A DNA stretch of 64,000 nt from Eledone cirrhosa (lineage: Eukaryota), in assembly GCA_964016885.1 (NCBI GenBank), contig OZ024750.1, positions 51,212,001 through 51,276,000 on the forward strand, read 5' to 3'. The notes beneath the pieces are model-generated. The model saw nothing but the letters and a program-made list of their open reading frames with translations, was not told the origin of the DNA and ran no database searches. Below, one piece after another: positions 32,710 to 46,221 of this stretch. The position numbers and the translations under genes were made by a program. Each line of letters starts with the position of its first letter. Positions within the stretch are counted from its first letter, which is position 1.

Positions 32710-34072
32710 CTACATTTTAAATTTAAATTTATATTTAAACGTTGAGTTTAATCTATGTTTGCAACAACTGAATAAATTTGTCCGTAGATTAAGGGAATTT
32801 TTAGATTTTAGTATAAAGAATATCTCCTCTGCGCAGAGGTCACATGTCTCAGAGGATGAATTAAAAGGGATCCCTCTTGAGACTATATTCCAAGCCGTCG
32901 AATATCTAACGTTATCTAGCTTAAGTTGCCAGAGTACGCCTGATAGTGCCGTTGAAGATTTTTTGCTTGGATCTGTGAAAGAATTCTTGTGGTTATTTAT
33001 TATAGCGAAGTTTAAATTCCGTCGATGTGGAACCGACGTAGTTAAAAGAATTAGAGTCAGTATTAACATTACAATTGTATACTATATTTTTAACTAAGCA
33101 GTTGTTATTTAACGGACATTTAGATCTATCTCTACAGTTACATTTGTTAACTTGTATATTATTTATGCTATTATCAGTAGGTTTTAAGTTCCTATTATTT
33201 ATTCTATTAATATTTTGTGCTAAATTTTTGGTGGATGAGTAGGTTAATTTTATTGTATGTCTATTGAAAATTGAGTGATACCTATGTGTTCTAGGGAAGC
33301 GATTATCAAGAGCTTTAAAAAATAGTTTAGCGATGTGGGTTTTAATGTTTAGTGAGAAAGGGGGGGGGGGGGGGGCAAACCAAATTATGTTCCTAGTTCT
33401 ATTTCTTTTTTGGCCTTTGGAATTATTGTAATGCTTTCTATTATAGTTGTTAAGGTTGTTGCCGTAATTAAAAAAGTTGTTACTTTGTTTAGTTTGTCTA
33501 TCATTATCTATGTACACAATCTTATCAGCATATCCTGCTCTAGCTAATGCTTCATTGTAGTATTGGGCTTTTTCGTCGAAAATCTTTCTATTTGACGAGA
33601 TCCTAGAGATACGTTTTTGAACAGAGTTTACTATAGTGTTTTTGACAGATCTGGGGTGGTTAGAGTTAAAGTTGACATAGTTTAAGTTTTCATTCATCTT
33701 GTGAAAAGGATAGTGAAGACATGTGTTGAGATTTAATGTTATATCTAGGAAATTGACTATTCTATGGTTGTTCTCAATTTCTATTTTAAGATTAAAGTAA
33801 TTAAAAAATTGTGTAATTTGTTTACATTTTCTATTTAGTTCAGAGTTATTATTATCAATAAGTAAAAGCATGTCATCTCTATATAAACCTCCGGTAGTAC
33901 CAGGTATTTTCCTATGTAGCGAATTGATTAAAAATAAGCCCACAAGGTCAGTTACCTGAGCTGAGTCGGATGATCCCATAGTAATGTCAAAATTGCTATC
34001 TCTATCTGCTCTGGTCCATAGTTGGTCATTAAATTCTATCAAAGTTTTCCTAGCCGATAATATAATATGCAT
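32710..34072 (-). pseudogene. PLE RT C-terminal half plus GIY-YIG, one frameshift near 33000
   Basis: FDITMGSSDSAQVTDLVG, GGLYRDD, VNFLDITL, SNHP, CNCRDRSKCPLNNNCL, IVY..YVGST, CDLCAEE, CCKH. Confidence 0.92.
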
Positions 34073-34619
34073 TTCATTGCTAGTTAGGTCAATATGTTTT
34101 TTCTCTCTCTATATAACAGCTGGTTTCTCTCCATATATCTCCCTTACATTAATACTAGAGCTAAATAAATAAATAAATAAATAAATGTATCATTGATACG
34201 TTTACTCAACAGACGTCCCACTACCTAGTTTTCTATATATATATATCTATCTCTATTTCCTCTCTCTCTCTATATATATATATCTCTTTCTGTTTCTTTA
34301 CATGAAGTTCTTCTCTTTATCTATCTTTCCATCTCTCTATTTTGTTCCATGCATTTCTTCTTTTTCTTCTTTTTCTTCGTTTTCTGTCTTTCTTTCCTTT
34401 TTTTTCTCTCTTTCTTTCTCTCTGTGTACAATTTTTTCACTGCCAAATCAACCTTTTCAAATACAAGTCGATGTTGTTACGGTATGTCGAATCTATTTAT
34501 CTATAAAACTGTTTATATTGTATTTTGTCTGAGGAAGGCATAGCATATTGTTAATATGATATCCCTGAAATATGATGAAATAAATATGGTTTTATAAATA
34601 TAGTTTCCATTTATTTAAT

Positions 34620-34689
<70 letters not shown>

Positions 34690-36587
34690 TATATATGTGT
34701 GTATGCGTATATAATGTGTGCATGTCTGTGCGTATGTGTATATATATATATACATATGGACTGCACCTGAGCCTGTGTTTGTGCGTGTGTGCTTACAACG
34801 ATGTGCGTTGACATACACACATACGTACTTTATGCCAAAATAGGAACTGTAGTCCTTTGCATTTTCGGATTTTGACACCAGGTTTTTTGGTGTTTTACAC
34901 CACTTTTGTCTCATTTGCTCTCAAAACGCACCACTCCGTGATAAAATAAGTATTGTAATTCTTTACACTTCTCGATTCTGACACAGGTTTTCTACTTCAG
35001 TTAATATTTTTAAAATCTTTCAAATTTTGATATTGGTTTTAACACACACGCATTTTTTTATTTTTGTATTTGTTTGGCACCACCCACCACGTGAAATGGT
35101 GGCAGGATAGATGCCACCTTACACACATAAATTCTTCAGAACATAGCAGCAGCACACTAAAACTGACCTGCCAGCTGACTCCTTAACACCACTACCACTA
35201 CCAACACAATGGATGGGATCAGCTGTACTTAAACAAAAGCAACTACAACAAATTGTTGTGGGGAGGCCACCAATATAATTGACTGACTTGTCATTCTATC
35301 AGTCAGATGTTTCTGTGACTTCACATAGTCCGTTACCTGAATAAAGAGAACAGAAAAGCCTTCGCAGGGTTAAAGTTGTTGCTGTTAAATATGGTGAGGG
35401 CAACCAAGCATCAATATTTAAATGTACTGCAGGTGAATTTATATACTATGTGAATAATTATTAATTAATCGTATTGTTTGAATGTATATACAAGTTTCTT
35501 ATCTGTATAGAAACGATTGTCGAGATTAAAGATGAACTTGATTTAATAACCTTGGTTTTCTTCAATTTAGATATACATATAGCCTTTACCCTGTATATAT
35601 AACGACTGATAACGAGTGTTGGTTGACACAAGCAAACGACCAGTAATGGTGCAATCATACGGATGTATTCGACGTAATTGTTACGATAAGTTATTACGTA
35701 TATGGTATCAATGGCAGTATCAGCATTAAGAAAAGAAAGAGATGCGGTATCGTATATTCAATATCAGTCTATTTCCTTACATCATCCTGTTATGCACATT
35801 TTAAAGGGATCAAAATGTCGTTATTCAACAGTTACTCAATGCATAAAGACAGTTTAATCCAGGCTGTGTCCTTACATACCTGAAAGGTAGATGATTAACT
35901 GGCTTTTCATACATGTATACGAACATATAGTTTCAAATTTCCCAATACTTTGTAAGTAAATTAGGTCTTGTTTAGACTTCTAGTGCCACTCTTAAATATA
36001 TAATGATAATTAACGGCCTGGGGCGCTTTATTGTAACGTTTTCACTCGATCATTTGGCATACTAGAGATGTGTAGTTCGATCTGCAGGCTTCACAGTCCA
36101 TGTTTGCCTTCGGTATGGTACTTTACTTTATTCGACTATTGTATATAGTTATTAATTATCGTTATAGTTATATGCATTGTGGCGTCTCTCATTCCATATT
36201 TCAAACTTCCAAAATGCTTTATAAGTCAACCAGGTCGTGTATATTCTAGCTTAAGTCTATCAGTTTTAATTTCGTTTCAGATAATATTACTTCATGCATG
36301 GCAGTAATGATTTATCACATCGTAATGCATTCCATGATATATAACCTTATTCAGATCTTCCTTATGTAAAGTTCTATCAAAATATTCATGTAAACAATCA
36401 TTACAATCAGTTTTAGAGAATACTCTTCTTGCCTTTTCATAACAGATTCATATCATTTTATTTTTCTTTGTCATAGCCAAGTCGTTTCGCATTCATTAAA
36501 GATGCGATTCAAATTGAACGAGGATACAGTTTACCGCATAGAAAAGTGTAGGATATATATATAAAGTACATAAAGTATATATATAAA

Positions 36588-36868
36588 ATACCAGTAATGC
36601 ACTGGGGTAATTGCTGGCCTTGTGCCAAAAGTAGAAACCATTATTATAATATATATAATATATATATATATTATAATAATGGTTTCTACTTTTGGCACAA
36701 GGCCAGCAATTACCCCAGTGCATTACTGGTACTTTATTTTATCGACTCCGTAAGGATGAAGGGCAAAGTTAACCTCGGTGGGATTTGAACTCAGAATGGC
36801 AAGGGCCGTAACTCTATGCATCAAAGCATGGCGTCCGACCCTCTACCGATACTGCCAATCCACCGCCC
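36588..36868 (-). mobile_element. tRNA-SINE (36680-36868) with fold-back duplicate of its 3' end (36588-36645)
   Basis: Arms share private variants (ggggtaattg, gaaaccatt). Confidence 0.85.
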
Positions 36869-36952
36869 TCATATATATATTATAATCATAATAATAATGA
36901 TTTCATTTATTAGCCACAAGGGCCGACATGTAGGGGACAATACATATAATAC

Positions 36953-36987
<35 letters not shown>

Positions 36988-37848
36988 CAAGAACGATTTG
37001 TTAAGCCTTCATTACGTTTATTGGTTGGTGACGCGCGTTTCGGTATAGATCAGCTCAAGGTTTGATCTGGATATACATATCCTTGGATATGTATATCCAG
37101 ATATATACACTCTCTCTCTCTCTCTCTCTCTCGAAGAAGAAGAAGAAGAAGAAGAAGAAGAAGAAGAAGAAGAAGAAGAAGAAATTAGCCATGATCAAAC
37201 CGAGATACACGCCCCTACGACTCCTTGTGAGTCACTAACTATCGTCCAGTCGATCTTTTCTTTACCTTACCTTTTCACGGGGTCATCAATATTTACACCT
37301 GTCCAATGTCTCCAGGTAATCTTAATTAATTTACAGATGCAGTGGCGGCAAATATCTATGGGTATGTGCTATACTACATCCTATAGTACTGATAGCAGGT
37401 CAATGTTTTGTTTACTCCAGTTGATACAAAACCGACTGAAACCGCCTTAAACTATTATACGAAGCTGTTTATTTTTAATCCTCCTTAGATTTATCTAAAA
37501 GTAAACCTTCAATCCTAAGTTTATATAAGAAACGTTTTTAAGCTTTGTTCCAAATACCAACTCAACAAACTAATTGAGCCACCTCTAATTCTATGATCTA
37601 AATCTCTTTATTTTTAAATGTTTTTTATTTATCTAAAAATAACTTTTATAATAATTTCATATAAAAACATTGTTAAGTTATGTTCCCAATACAAGCGTAA
37701 GCCTTTGATACAAAACTACTTAAGTGACCCCAATTCTATAATATAAAACTGTTTATTTTAAAGTGTTTATCTAAAAACTTCCATTATAATTTTATCTAAG
37801 AACCTTTGCTCCCTAATACTCCAAACACCAGCTTAGGAATTAGCAAAT

Positions 37849-38213
37849 TGGATTGGCAGAGAGTCGGACGCCATGCTTTGACGCAAAGAGTTACGTCCCT
37901 TTACGATCTGAGTTCAAATCCCGCCGAAGTTAACTTTGCCTTTCATCCGAACGGGGTCGATAAAATAAAGTACCAGTAATGTACTGGGTTATTAAAAAAG
38001 TAGAAACAATTATTAATCCTATTAAGATGGTGGATTGGCAGTATCGGTAGAGGGTCGGACGCCATGCTTTGCAGCACAGTTACGTCCCTTTACGTACTGA
38101 GTTCAAATCCCGCCGAAGTCAACTCTGCCTTTCCTCCTTAGGGGGTCGATAAAATAAAGTACCAGTAATGTACTGGGTAATTGCTGGCTTTGTGCCTAAA
38201 GTAGAAACAATTA
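37849..38213 (+). mobile_element. Two tandem tRNA-SINEs
   Basis: A/B boxes and core; each followed by attattaatcct. Confidence 0.88.
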
Positions 38214-39884
38214 TTAATCCTTGATTATTTTCAAAGAATTATGAACTGTCATTCAATAGAAATAGTGTAGTGTAAGTGTTAACATATTGGTTAATATACA
38301 AATTAGGGTAGCTGAGTATGTTGCTTCAAACAGCGACTTCCTTCGTCTGAAGTGTAAAGGGTTAATCGTATAAAATTATGTAGAATTATATAAATGATTA
38401 GGTAGACATCATTATCTAAATATTCAAATGTCTGTGATTTGTTGTTGTTGTTGTTAATACGATTATAGATATCTTTAGAGAGGTGACATTTTAAAAAGTA
38501 TTTACATCTACAGTGCTTTCTCATCAGTTTCACCTCCGATTGTCAAAATATGTTATTCGTGGTTAGATACATTAGTGGTGTTTACTTAAGCCAAATTACA
38601 ACAAACACTGGCTAACGAAAAAAAGTAAAATAACTGAAATCTTGTGGATAAGAAGTTTGACTGCAACAACGTGGTTTCACTTTCCCCCCCACTGTACATC
38701 AGCCTGAGCAAACCTCTTTGAGGACCAAAGATTTGCAAGTTAGATTTGATGGACGTTAACTTTGTAGAGGCTCAAGATGCTGAAAGTGAGTGCAATTGTA
38801 CGATATTTGGCAATGTCAAATGAGTTGCCTTCTATATATATATATATATAATTATTGACGCGGGTTGATAAAATCAGTGACTCATACAAGGATAACCTCT
38901 GGTATTCCCTCCCGTTTCAGTTGCCTCCCCTAACGCCAAAGTATACTTCGGTGATCTACCTTAGGTAGCTGATAAAATAAATACAATACAATATGTTGAT
39001 GTCGATATAAGCAAGTAAACATCTTTAAACCTAGTGCTCCAGCATGACCGCATTCCGAAAAATAAAGAAAAAAATTACATACCATTTTCTTCCATCTTTC
39101 TGCTTTTTTAAAATAAATAGGACTTGTAGGACTTGATATTTTTGTGGCATTCATAAGATTTTGTAAAACTCTTTAAGGTGCGAATGAAGGGAAATAATTT
39201 CAAATTAGATTTCGAGAACGTAGTTTCGACTGCAGTACTCAATCATGAAGCTATAGTAATAAACAATCTATTATTTTTAAAGCAGAGTTGAGTTATTTCA
39301 CTGGAGTTGCTATTGTAAAGAACTGAGACTATCCTAAAATAAATATAATGGACTTCTGGATCATGAAAGTATTGCGGAACTTGAAATTCAATACACAGAA
39401 TAATAATACAAAAGCTTTACAAATTAGCAATGGAGATACAATCTTGAAGGAGGACGATGAGAAAACTACAGTAAATATAGTAAATATATGTCAAAAGGAA
39501 AGACAGCTATCCTAATGCAAACATAATGAAGAAGAAGAAAGTGCCATAAACTGAATAAGCTGAATGCGAAACAATGAAATAATTCTTAAGGACTGAGAGA
39601 TAAAGAAATAAGGAATGTTTAATGAAGATTGGGTAATAACTGTTCGCTAAAGATAGGCGGATTTAAATAGAAGTTTCGTGGCGTCATACTAGTGAATAAG
39701 GAACGTTAAATATGTGTGATGATAATATGGCGGTGTTAAACAAAAGTTATTGGATGACGTTATGGAGGCTATAACATTGGTTACTGAATATAAGAGAAGC
39801 AAATATGCGGCAGTTAAAGTCATGAACTCATAGAATTGAAGGAAATTGAATTTTGGACCTACATCGGTTTCGACGATGTGTGTT

Positions 39885-40480
39885 CCATGTGTTCAAACAA
39901 CGGAACAGCCTGCTCGTGGAAGTTAGTGTGCAAGTGGCTGAGCATTCCACGGTCAAATGTACCTTTAATGTAGTTAGTTCTCAGGAGGGTTTAGAGTGAC
40001 AAGTATTTTGATTTGCAGGCAGATTTCATTTATTACAGTTCAATGGTTTGCTCAAGGACACAACAATCTATCCGGTTTGAGAATCGAACTCACGACCTTA
40101 AAAAACATGAACCAAACACCCTAGCCACTAAACCACGGGCCTTCACTCATGAAGATATGTTTTTTTGGTACTGCGTCAATGCCGAGGACGAATGTTCCAG
40201 TTGATTCAATCAAAATACCATCCTACTTACGAAATGAATTTGCACGTGACTGAGCATTCTGCAGATATGTTAAAGTATTTCTCAGGGAGATTAGGTATGA
40301 GTCAGCGTGCGACTAGAAACGCCTTTTGATTTACAGATATAACTTATATTGTTTGAGCTAAGTGGACTGGAGGAACGGGAAATAAAGTGTCTTGCTCAAA
40401 GTCACAATACACCACCCAGTTGGGGAATCGAAATTATGACCATGAGACGAACATACACCATAACCAGTTACCCACGCACC
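39885..40480 (-). mobile_element. Two old tandem SINE copies, family of 1828-2080
   Basis: gaatcgaac B-box complement, ttgctcaa..cacaa and gctgagcattcc blocks occur twice. Confidence 0.6.
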
Positions 40481-40507
40481 TTTATTCTCAAACATATAAA
40501 TATATAT

Positions 40508-40542
<35 letters not shown>

Positions 40543-40883
40543 GATATAGATATACATATATTATTAGAAATGTAAGCTATCGCTGTAATTTGACTAAAGA
40601 AATTAAAGAAATTATTTAGCCTGATAGTGGGGTTAAGAACCCTCGGAGAAATGGAAAAAGATGAGTATTGACGTACAATATTCTTACTTGATATACATAC
40701 ATATATATATAGATATAGATATACTTTTGGAGGGTCATGCTGCCAATAAAAATCACACGCAGCTGTTGGGTTTCACTTTAATTTATTAAACTTTCTCAGT
40801 CGGTGAGTTTCATAGACGGATGGTTGTATTATACTTGTGGTTGTATTATAACATATGTTTCTGTGTCTATTTAATTGTTTACA

Positions 40884-41073
40884 TGGTGGATTGGCAGTAT
40901 CGGTAGAGGGTCTGACGCTATTCTTTGACGCATAGAGTTACGGCCCTTGCCATTCTGAGTTCAAATCTCGCCGAGGTTAACTTTCTCTTTCATCCTTACG
41001 GAGTTCATAAAATAAAGTACCAGTAATGTACTGGGAGGATAATTGCTGGCCTTGTGCCAAAAGTAGAAACAAT
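40884..41073 (+). mobile_element. tRNA-SINE
   Basis: Matches 7911; TSD-like aattgtttacat / aattgtctacat. Confidence 0.88.
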
Positions 41074-41204
41074 TAAAATTGTCTACATATGGTGACTACA
41101 ATATATATTGTTCAATCATATGCAATACTTAATTATTTATTTCACATATATAAATAAACAAAAAGTGTAAGTCAACAGGTTAAAATTAACGTTTAATCAT
41201 ATTC

Positions 41205-41263
41205 GCTGTCATATATATTTCGGTGATAACCATTATGCAACAGCTATGACCTCATCAGACAGC
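41205..41263 (-). ncRNA. Hammerhead motif, probably inactive (AUG at the NUH site), in a pLTR-like remnant
   Basis: Minus strand: GCTGT CTGATGA GGTCATAGC..GGTTATCACC GAAA T-ATAT-A TG ACAGC. Confidence 0.65.
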
Positions 41264-42379
41264 TAGAATTTGGACAGAAAAATAAAAGAGAAAAAACATA
41301 ACGATGGAATAAAGATTACTTCTGTTATTTCGCTTTTTTATATGCCCAGTGCTGAAGTTTGGTGTTGTTTTCTCAAGGCACTGGTCACATATATAGTCAT
41401 GAAGATGAGCCGTATTTCAGCAGTTTCGTAAACACATAGCGATAAGCTTAAGCCACAAAACGGAGGCATGTAAAGTTGTAAATGAAATGAAATGAATGGG
41501 TGTATTTTTTAATCTTGATGGTTGCTAGAATGCTATCTCGGAATAATCAATACTTTATTAAACTCAAAATAGGTTTTGAATAAAAAAAATTATATTTTTT
41601 GTCTTATTATTATTCAAGAGTGATATAATCTTCTCTAACTCAGTTTAAGTATGAGCTATTCTTATGTGATAAAAATTCTATAATTGGAACCTTATAATCA
41701 TTTTCCTTTGATAATTTGTGAAGATATTCTTTACTATTCTTAAAATTCTATTATATTCTGCTTTTGGTTAATATTTTCATTCTTGGTGATTTGTCTCTTG
41801 ATATTCATGAAGTCTGTTCTTAATTTAATTCTGCTTCTGCTTGTAACAATCGATTTCTCAGCTTCCACCATCTACAGATGTTAATATATTTATTTAATTG
41901 TTCATTATTCTCTGCTTTTCCTTTTCATATATTTTTCTTTAAATTTTTCTTTGACTTCTACTTTTAGAAGATGAGGGTGGGGGCACATCTCGGTCGAATG
42001 CACATCTAGATGTAGTCACGTAGTGATGCTACATCGCCTATTGGTAACTCGCGATCATGATGTTACGGTTTCGATCCGTGCACTGGGCTGCATGTTCATT
42101 TACGTTACTTTTCATGATACGACCAAGGACCCTATCATTAAAACAATTGAGATATCGTAAGAAATACAACGGCGTAAGAGGCTTGGCTAATTGTAATTGT
42201 GGAGAAATTTAGTTGTCATATAAAATGGTAAAGGTCCCCCCCTCCTCCCACCTTCAGCTATGAATGAGCAGTTCCACTGCGAAGCAAAACCAATGTATTT
42301 TTGTGGAAGACCATCAACCACCCATGAATAACAGTATACTCTCTGCATGTCACAGATATTGTCCAAGAATATATATATA

Positions 42380-43255
42380 TATGTAAGTATGTATGTATAT
42401 GTACATACATATATGTATACAGACGTACAGTAGTATGTATATATAGTCGATATGCAAATTAGGCTGCTCAGCCGTTAATATGCATCAGGAAAGTATATAC
42501 TTTCAGACGTTCAACCATCTGGCAGGAAGGTATACGATGATGACGATAGCTAATAAGCTTGAAACTAGTACATAGTTCCTGTGTCAGTGTTGAACAAAAA
42601 GGTGACGTGGTTGCCTAAACACTGTACGGCGTAAATCGGGCTGTTTGTTTGTTTACATATATGTATGTACGTTTACATACATACATACTTACATATATAT
42701 ACATATACAAACAAACAAACCGAGCATTATAATAAATGTTCGGTAAACCGATACGTGCATATATATATGTGTGCATGTATGTATATATATATACATACTA
42801 CTGTACGTCTGTATACATATATGTATGTACGTATACATACATACTTATATTTAAGTAACAGCCGTACTAAGAGTGGAAAATGAAATTTCGTTTCATCTTT
42901 TCTGTTTATCGTTTTCGGTGCACCCGTGCGATTAACCCACTCGATATGCAAATTAGGCTGCTCAGCCGTTAATATTCATAAGGAAAGTATATACTTCCAG
43001 ACGTTCAATCATCTGGCAGGAAGGTATACGTTGCTGACGATAGCTAATAAGCTTGAAACTAGTACGGCGTTCCTTTGTAAGTGTTGAACAAACGAGCAAC
43101 GATGGTTGCTAGACACTACGGCTTAATACGGGATGTTTGTTTACAAACACACCGAGCATTATAATAAATGTTCGGTGAATCCATACGTACCTATATATAT
43201 GTATGCATGTATGTATATATACATACTACTGAATGTCTGTATACATACTTATATT
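42380..43255 (+). repeat. About two hammerhead-monomer units with a short inverted leader; HHRs at 42534-42576 (core mutated) and 43028-43070
   Basis: ACGTTG CTGACGA TAGCTAATAAGCTT GAAA CTAG TA CGGCGT; octamers at 42452 and 42946. Confidence 0.88.
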
Positions 43256-43292
43256 TATATATATATATATATATATACATATATATGTTATA

Positions 43293-43610
43293 TACACTGC
43301 ACCTACGATATTCGTGGTCCCGGCATTTGCAGTCCCGGTTATTCACGGAATTTTCCTTAGAACCTAATTAATAATTGTTCGTGGAAACCACCGCATATTC
43401 GCGGAATCGTAAATATGTTCCGCGATTTTTTTGGCTTTTTTCGTAGCAATATATTAATAACAATATATAGTATTTGCCGGTCTATTGGACGCGCGTTCGG
43501 ATAAGACGGTCCCTCATTTTTTGTTATATTTTACGCTATTTTGACGGTTACAGGCATTTTTATGGACCACGTCTAATATTCTCGTAACCCCCTCGAATAC
43601 CAGGGGACAA

Positions 43611-43613
<3 letters not shown>
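43293..43613. mobile_element. Tigger/pogo-like MITE
   Basis: Imperfect TIRs (cactgcacctacgatattcgtgg / cctcgaataccaggggacaactg) with TA flanks. Confidence 0.5.
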
Positions 43614-43681
<68 letters not shown>

Positions 43682-44052
43682 TATATGACAACCATGATAT
43701 ATATTTCTCCACAATCACATGCTTCTTGAAAACAAAATAGATGCAAAACGAAGGGGTGGTCGCGGCTGGAGTGTACGTCATCATGTGATCAGGCTTCAGC
43801 TACTAATAAATTACAATACCAACTTCTTGGTAAAGTACATCAACAATCGGAAGTAATAACATTTCCCTGGTTATTGAGGTAGTAACCATAGTAACCAAGA
43901 CTTCCATTAGATGTAAGGAGGTCCATTGGTGTATAATTAGTTATGATGTGAGAAGAAGTAACCCCACAAAGGGTCAGCCGTATTTCTCGTGTCTATCATT
44001 ATACATCCATATGTCAGCACACTTAAACCCATAAAAACACGCAGACAGACAG

Positions 44053-44125
<73 letters not shown>

Positions 44126-44471
44126 ATATAGTAATAATAATAAATTTGAAGACTAAAATCCAAAGAGGGCTCGATAAGGATAAATAAATATCAAATATAT
44201 AAGAACAACCGTAGAGGAATTATTTATTAAAATAACAGATTTAAGCAAGAATCGCTGCTTTCACCCTTAACGGGATCTTCTGAAACTAACAAAGTCAATC
44301 TGTGAACGCAGAAGTGAATATTTCAAAAAAAGAGTTGCAACCGGAGGAAGACAGGAATACGATACTTTGGTTCGTGGAAACGTTCCCTGGCAAAGAACGG
44401 GAAAAAACAAATATAATACGTCATTATAAGCAGCGATTCTTTGCTTAAACTTTAATCTGTTATTTTAATAA

Positions 44472-44505
<34 letters not shown>

Positions 44506-44531
44506 ATACTTGGGGAGGGTCATATTTGTGT

Positions 44532-44877
44532 AATATTGCCGGAATTAATAACAGAACACACTCACTGTTTGGTTGGTTTTCGCTTTTCGCTTCTGTGTCT
44601 TTTATATCGGTAATCTAATATAATATAATATACTCGGTCCTCAATGTTGCCACTGACTGACCGACGGTCAAAAATAATACAGATACAATATAGACACAAA
44701 CACATATATATAATTTATCAATAGTTTATATATAGTTTTGACCGTCGGTCAGTCAATGGCAACATTGAGAACCGAGTATATTATATTATATTAGATTACC
44801 GATATAAAAGACACAGAAGCGAAAAGCGAAAACCAACCAAACAGTGAGTGTGTTCTGTTATTAATTCTGGCAATATT
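44532..44877. repeat. Fold-back inverted repeat, about 142-bp arms and about 62-bp spacer
   Basis: 44532-44673 is the reverse complement of 44736-44877 with few mismatches. Confidence 0.9.
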
Positions 44878-45643
44878 TATATACAATATCTATGTACAAT
44901 ATTTATACAAACTATCAGAGGGAATATACATACCCACACATTATTTCTGAAGACAGCATATATATGTGTAGGTATGTATATTCCCTCTGATAGTTTGTAT
45001 AAATATTGTACATAGATCTATAGAATATGAATACCAACTCTAACACATATATATCCTAGAAACGATCGTAAAATGATGAATTTTTTTTAAATATAAGGAA
45101 CTGTTTCTTTGTTTATTCATTATTTTATTAATTTATATATATATATATAAATTAATAAAATAATGAATAAACAAAGAAACAGTTCCTTATATTTAAAAAA
45201 ATTCATCATTTTACGATCGCTTCTAGGATATATATGTGTTAGAGTTGGTATGCATATTCTATAGATCTATGTACAATATTTATACAAACTATCAGAGGGA
45301 ATATACATACCTACACATATGTATGCTGTCTTCAGAAATAATGTGTGGGTATGTATATTCCCTCTGATAGTTTGTATAAATATTGTACATAGATCTATAG
45401 AATATGCATACCAACTCTAACGCATATATATCCTAGAAACGATCGTAAAATGATGAATTTTTTTTAATATAAGGAACTGTTTCTTTGTTTATTCATTATT
45501 TTATTAATTTATCTTGACTCTGTTTTCCGTTTATTTTTCACCGAAAGTAGTTTTTGAATGCATCTTCTCTTTTCATGATATCCGGATTACATTGAGTTCT
45601 TCATACGGATTGGACACTACCGTAAACTTTTGGTAGATTTATC

Positions 45644-45647
<4 letters not shown>
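44878..45647. mobile_element. Multiply inverted pLTR cluster with long-stem-II HHRs (44939-45078 +; 45204-45343 -, GAAA to GAAG; partial third copy)
   Basis: Near-identical to 19005-19345 and 20165-20370. Confidence 0.85.
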
Positions 45648-45690
<43 letters not shown>

Positions 45691-46148
45691 GTGTGTGTGT
45701 GAGTATATATATAATTCCTATGATGACAGACTCTCAAAGATTGTAAGGTAATTGAAAATCTTCCATTTTGTCAGCGACCTTGAAGTATCATTAATAAGAG
45801 CAAAGCTCTTTGCGTTCCTGTGCTTTGAAATTACGATACAAGTCAAAGACATTCGAGGAATTTATGAAGCATTTTCAAACTGTTTTTCGTCAACCAATCA
45901 AATTTCATTGGCTAATCATATTTCGATGTATTTAAAATTTTATATTTTTACTTCAATTTTGACATTCTCCTAAAGGTCTCAATAGTAAGCTTTAGTTTCG
46001 TGTTTATCGTTGATGTGGTATAAATATGGCCACATGCATTTGGCTGCTTTTCTTGGTATTAACTTTTCGCACCATTGACTGCTTTGTGGCTGCCTCAAAC
46101 AATTCGATTGGTGTCTGCTATACTGCGGCTACAACTTCGATGTATACC

Positions 46149-46214
<66 letters not shown>

Positions 46215-46221
<7 letters not shown>

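Noticed and set aside
34770-36500. Unique-looking sequence as possible host exons
   Set aside because: No convincing ORF, domain or splice pattern; small exons cannot be excluded without RNA data.
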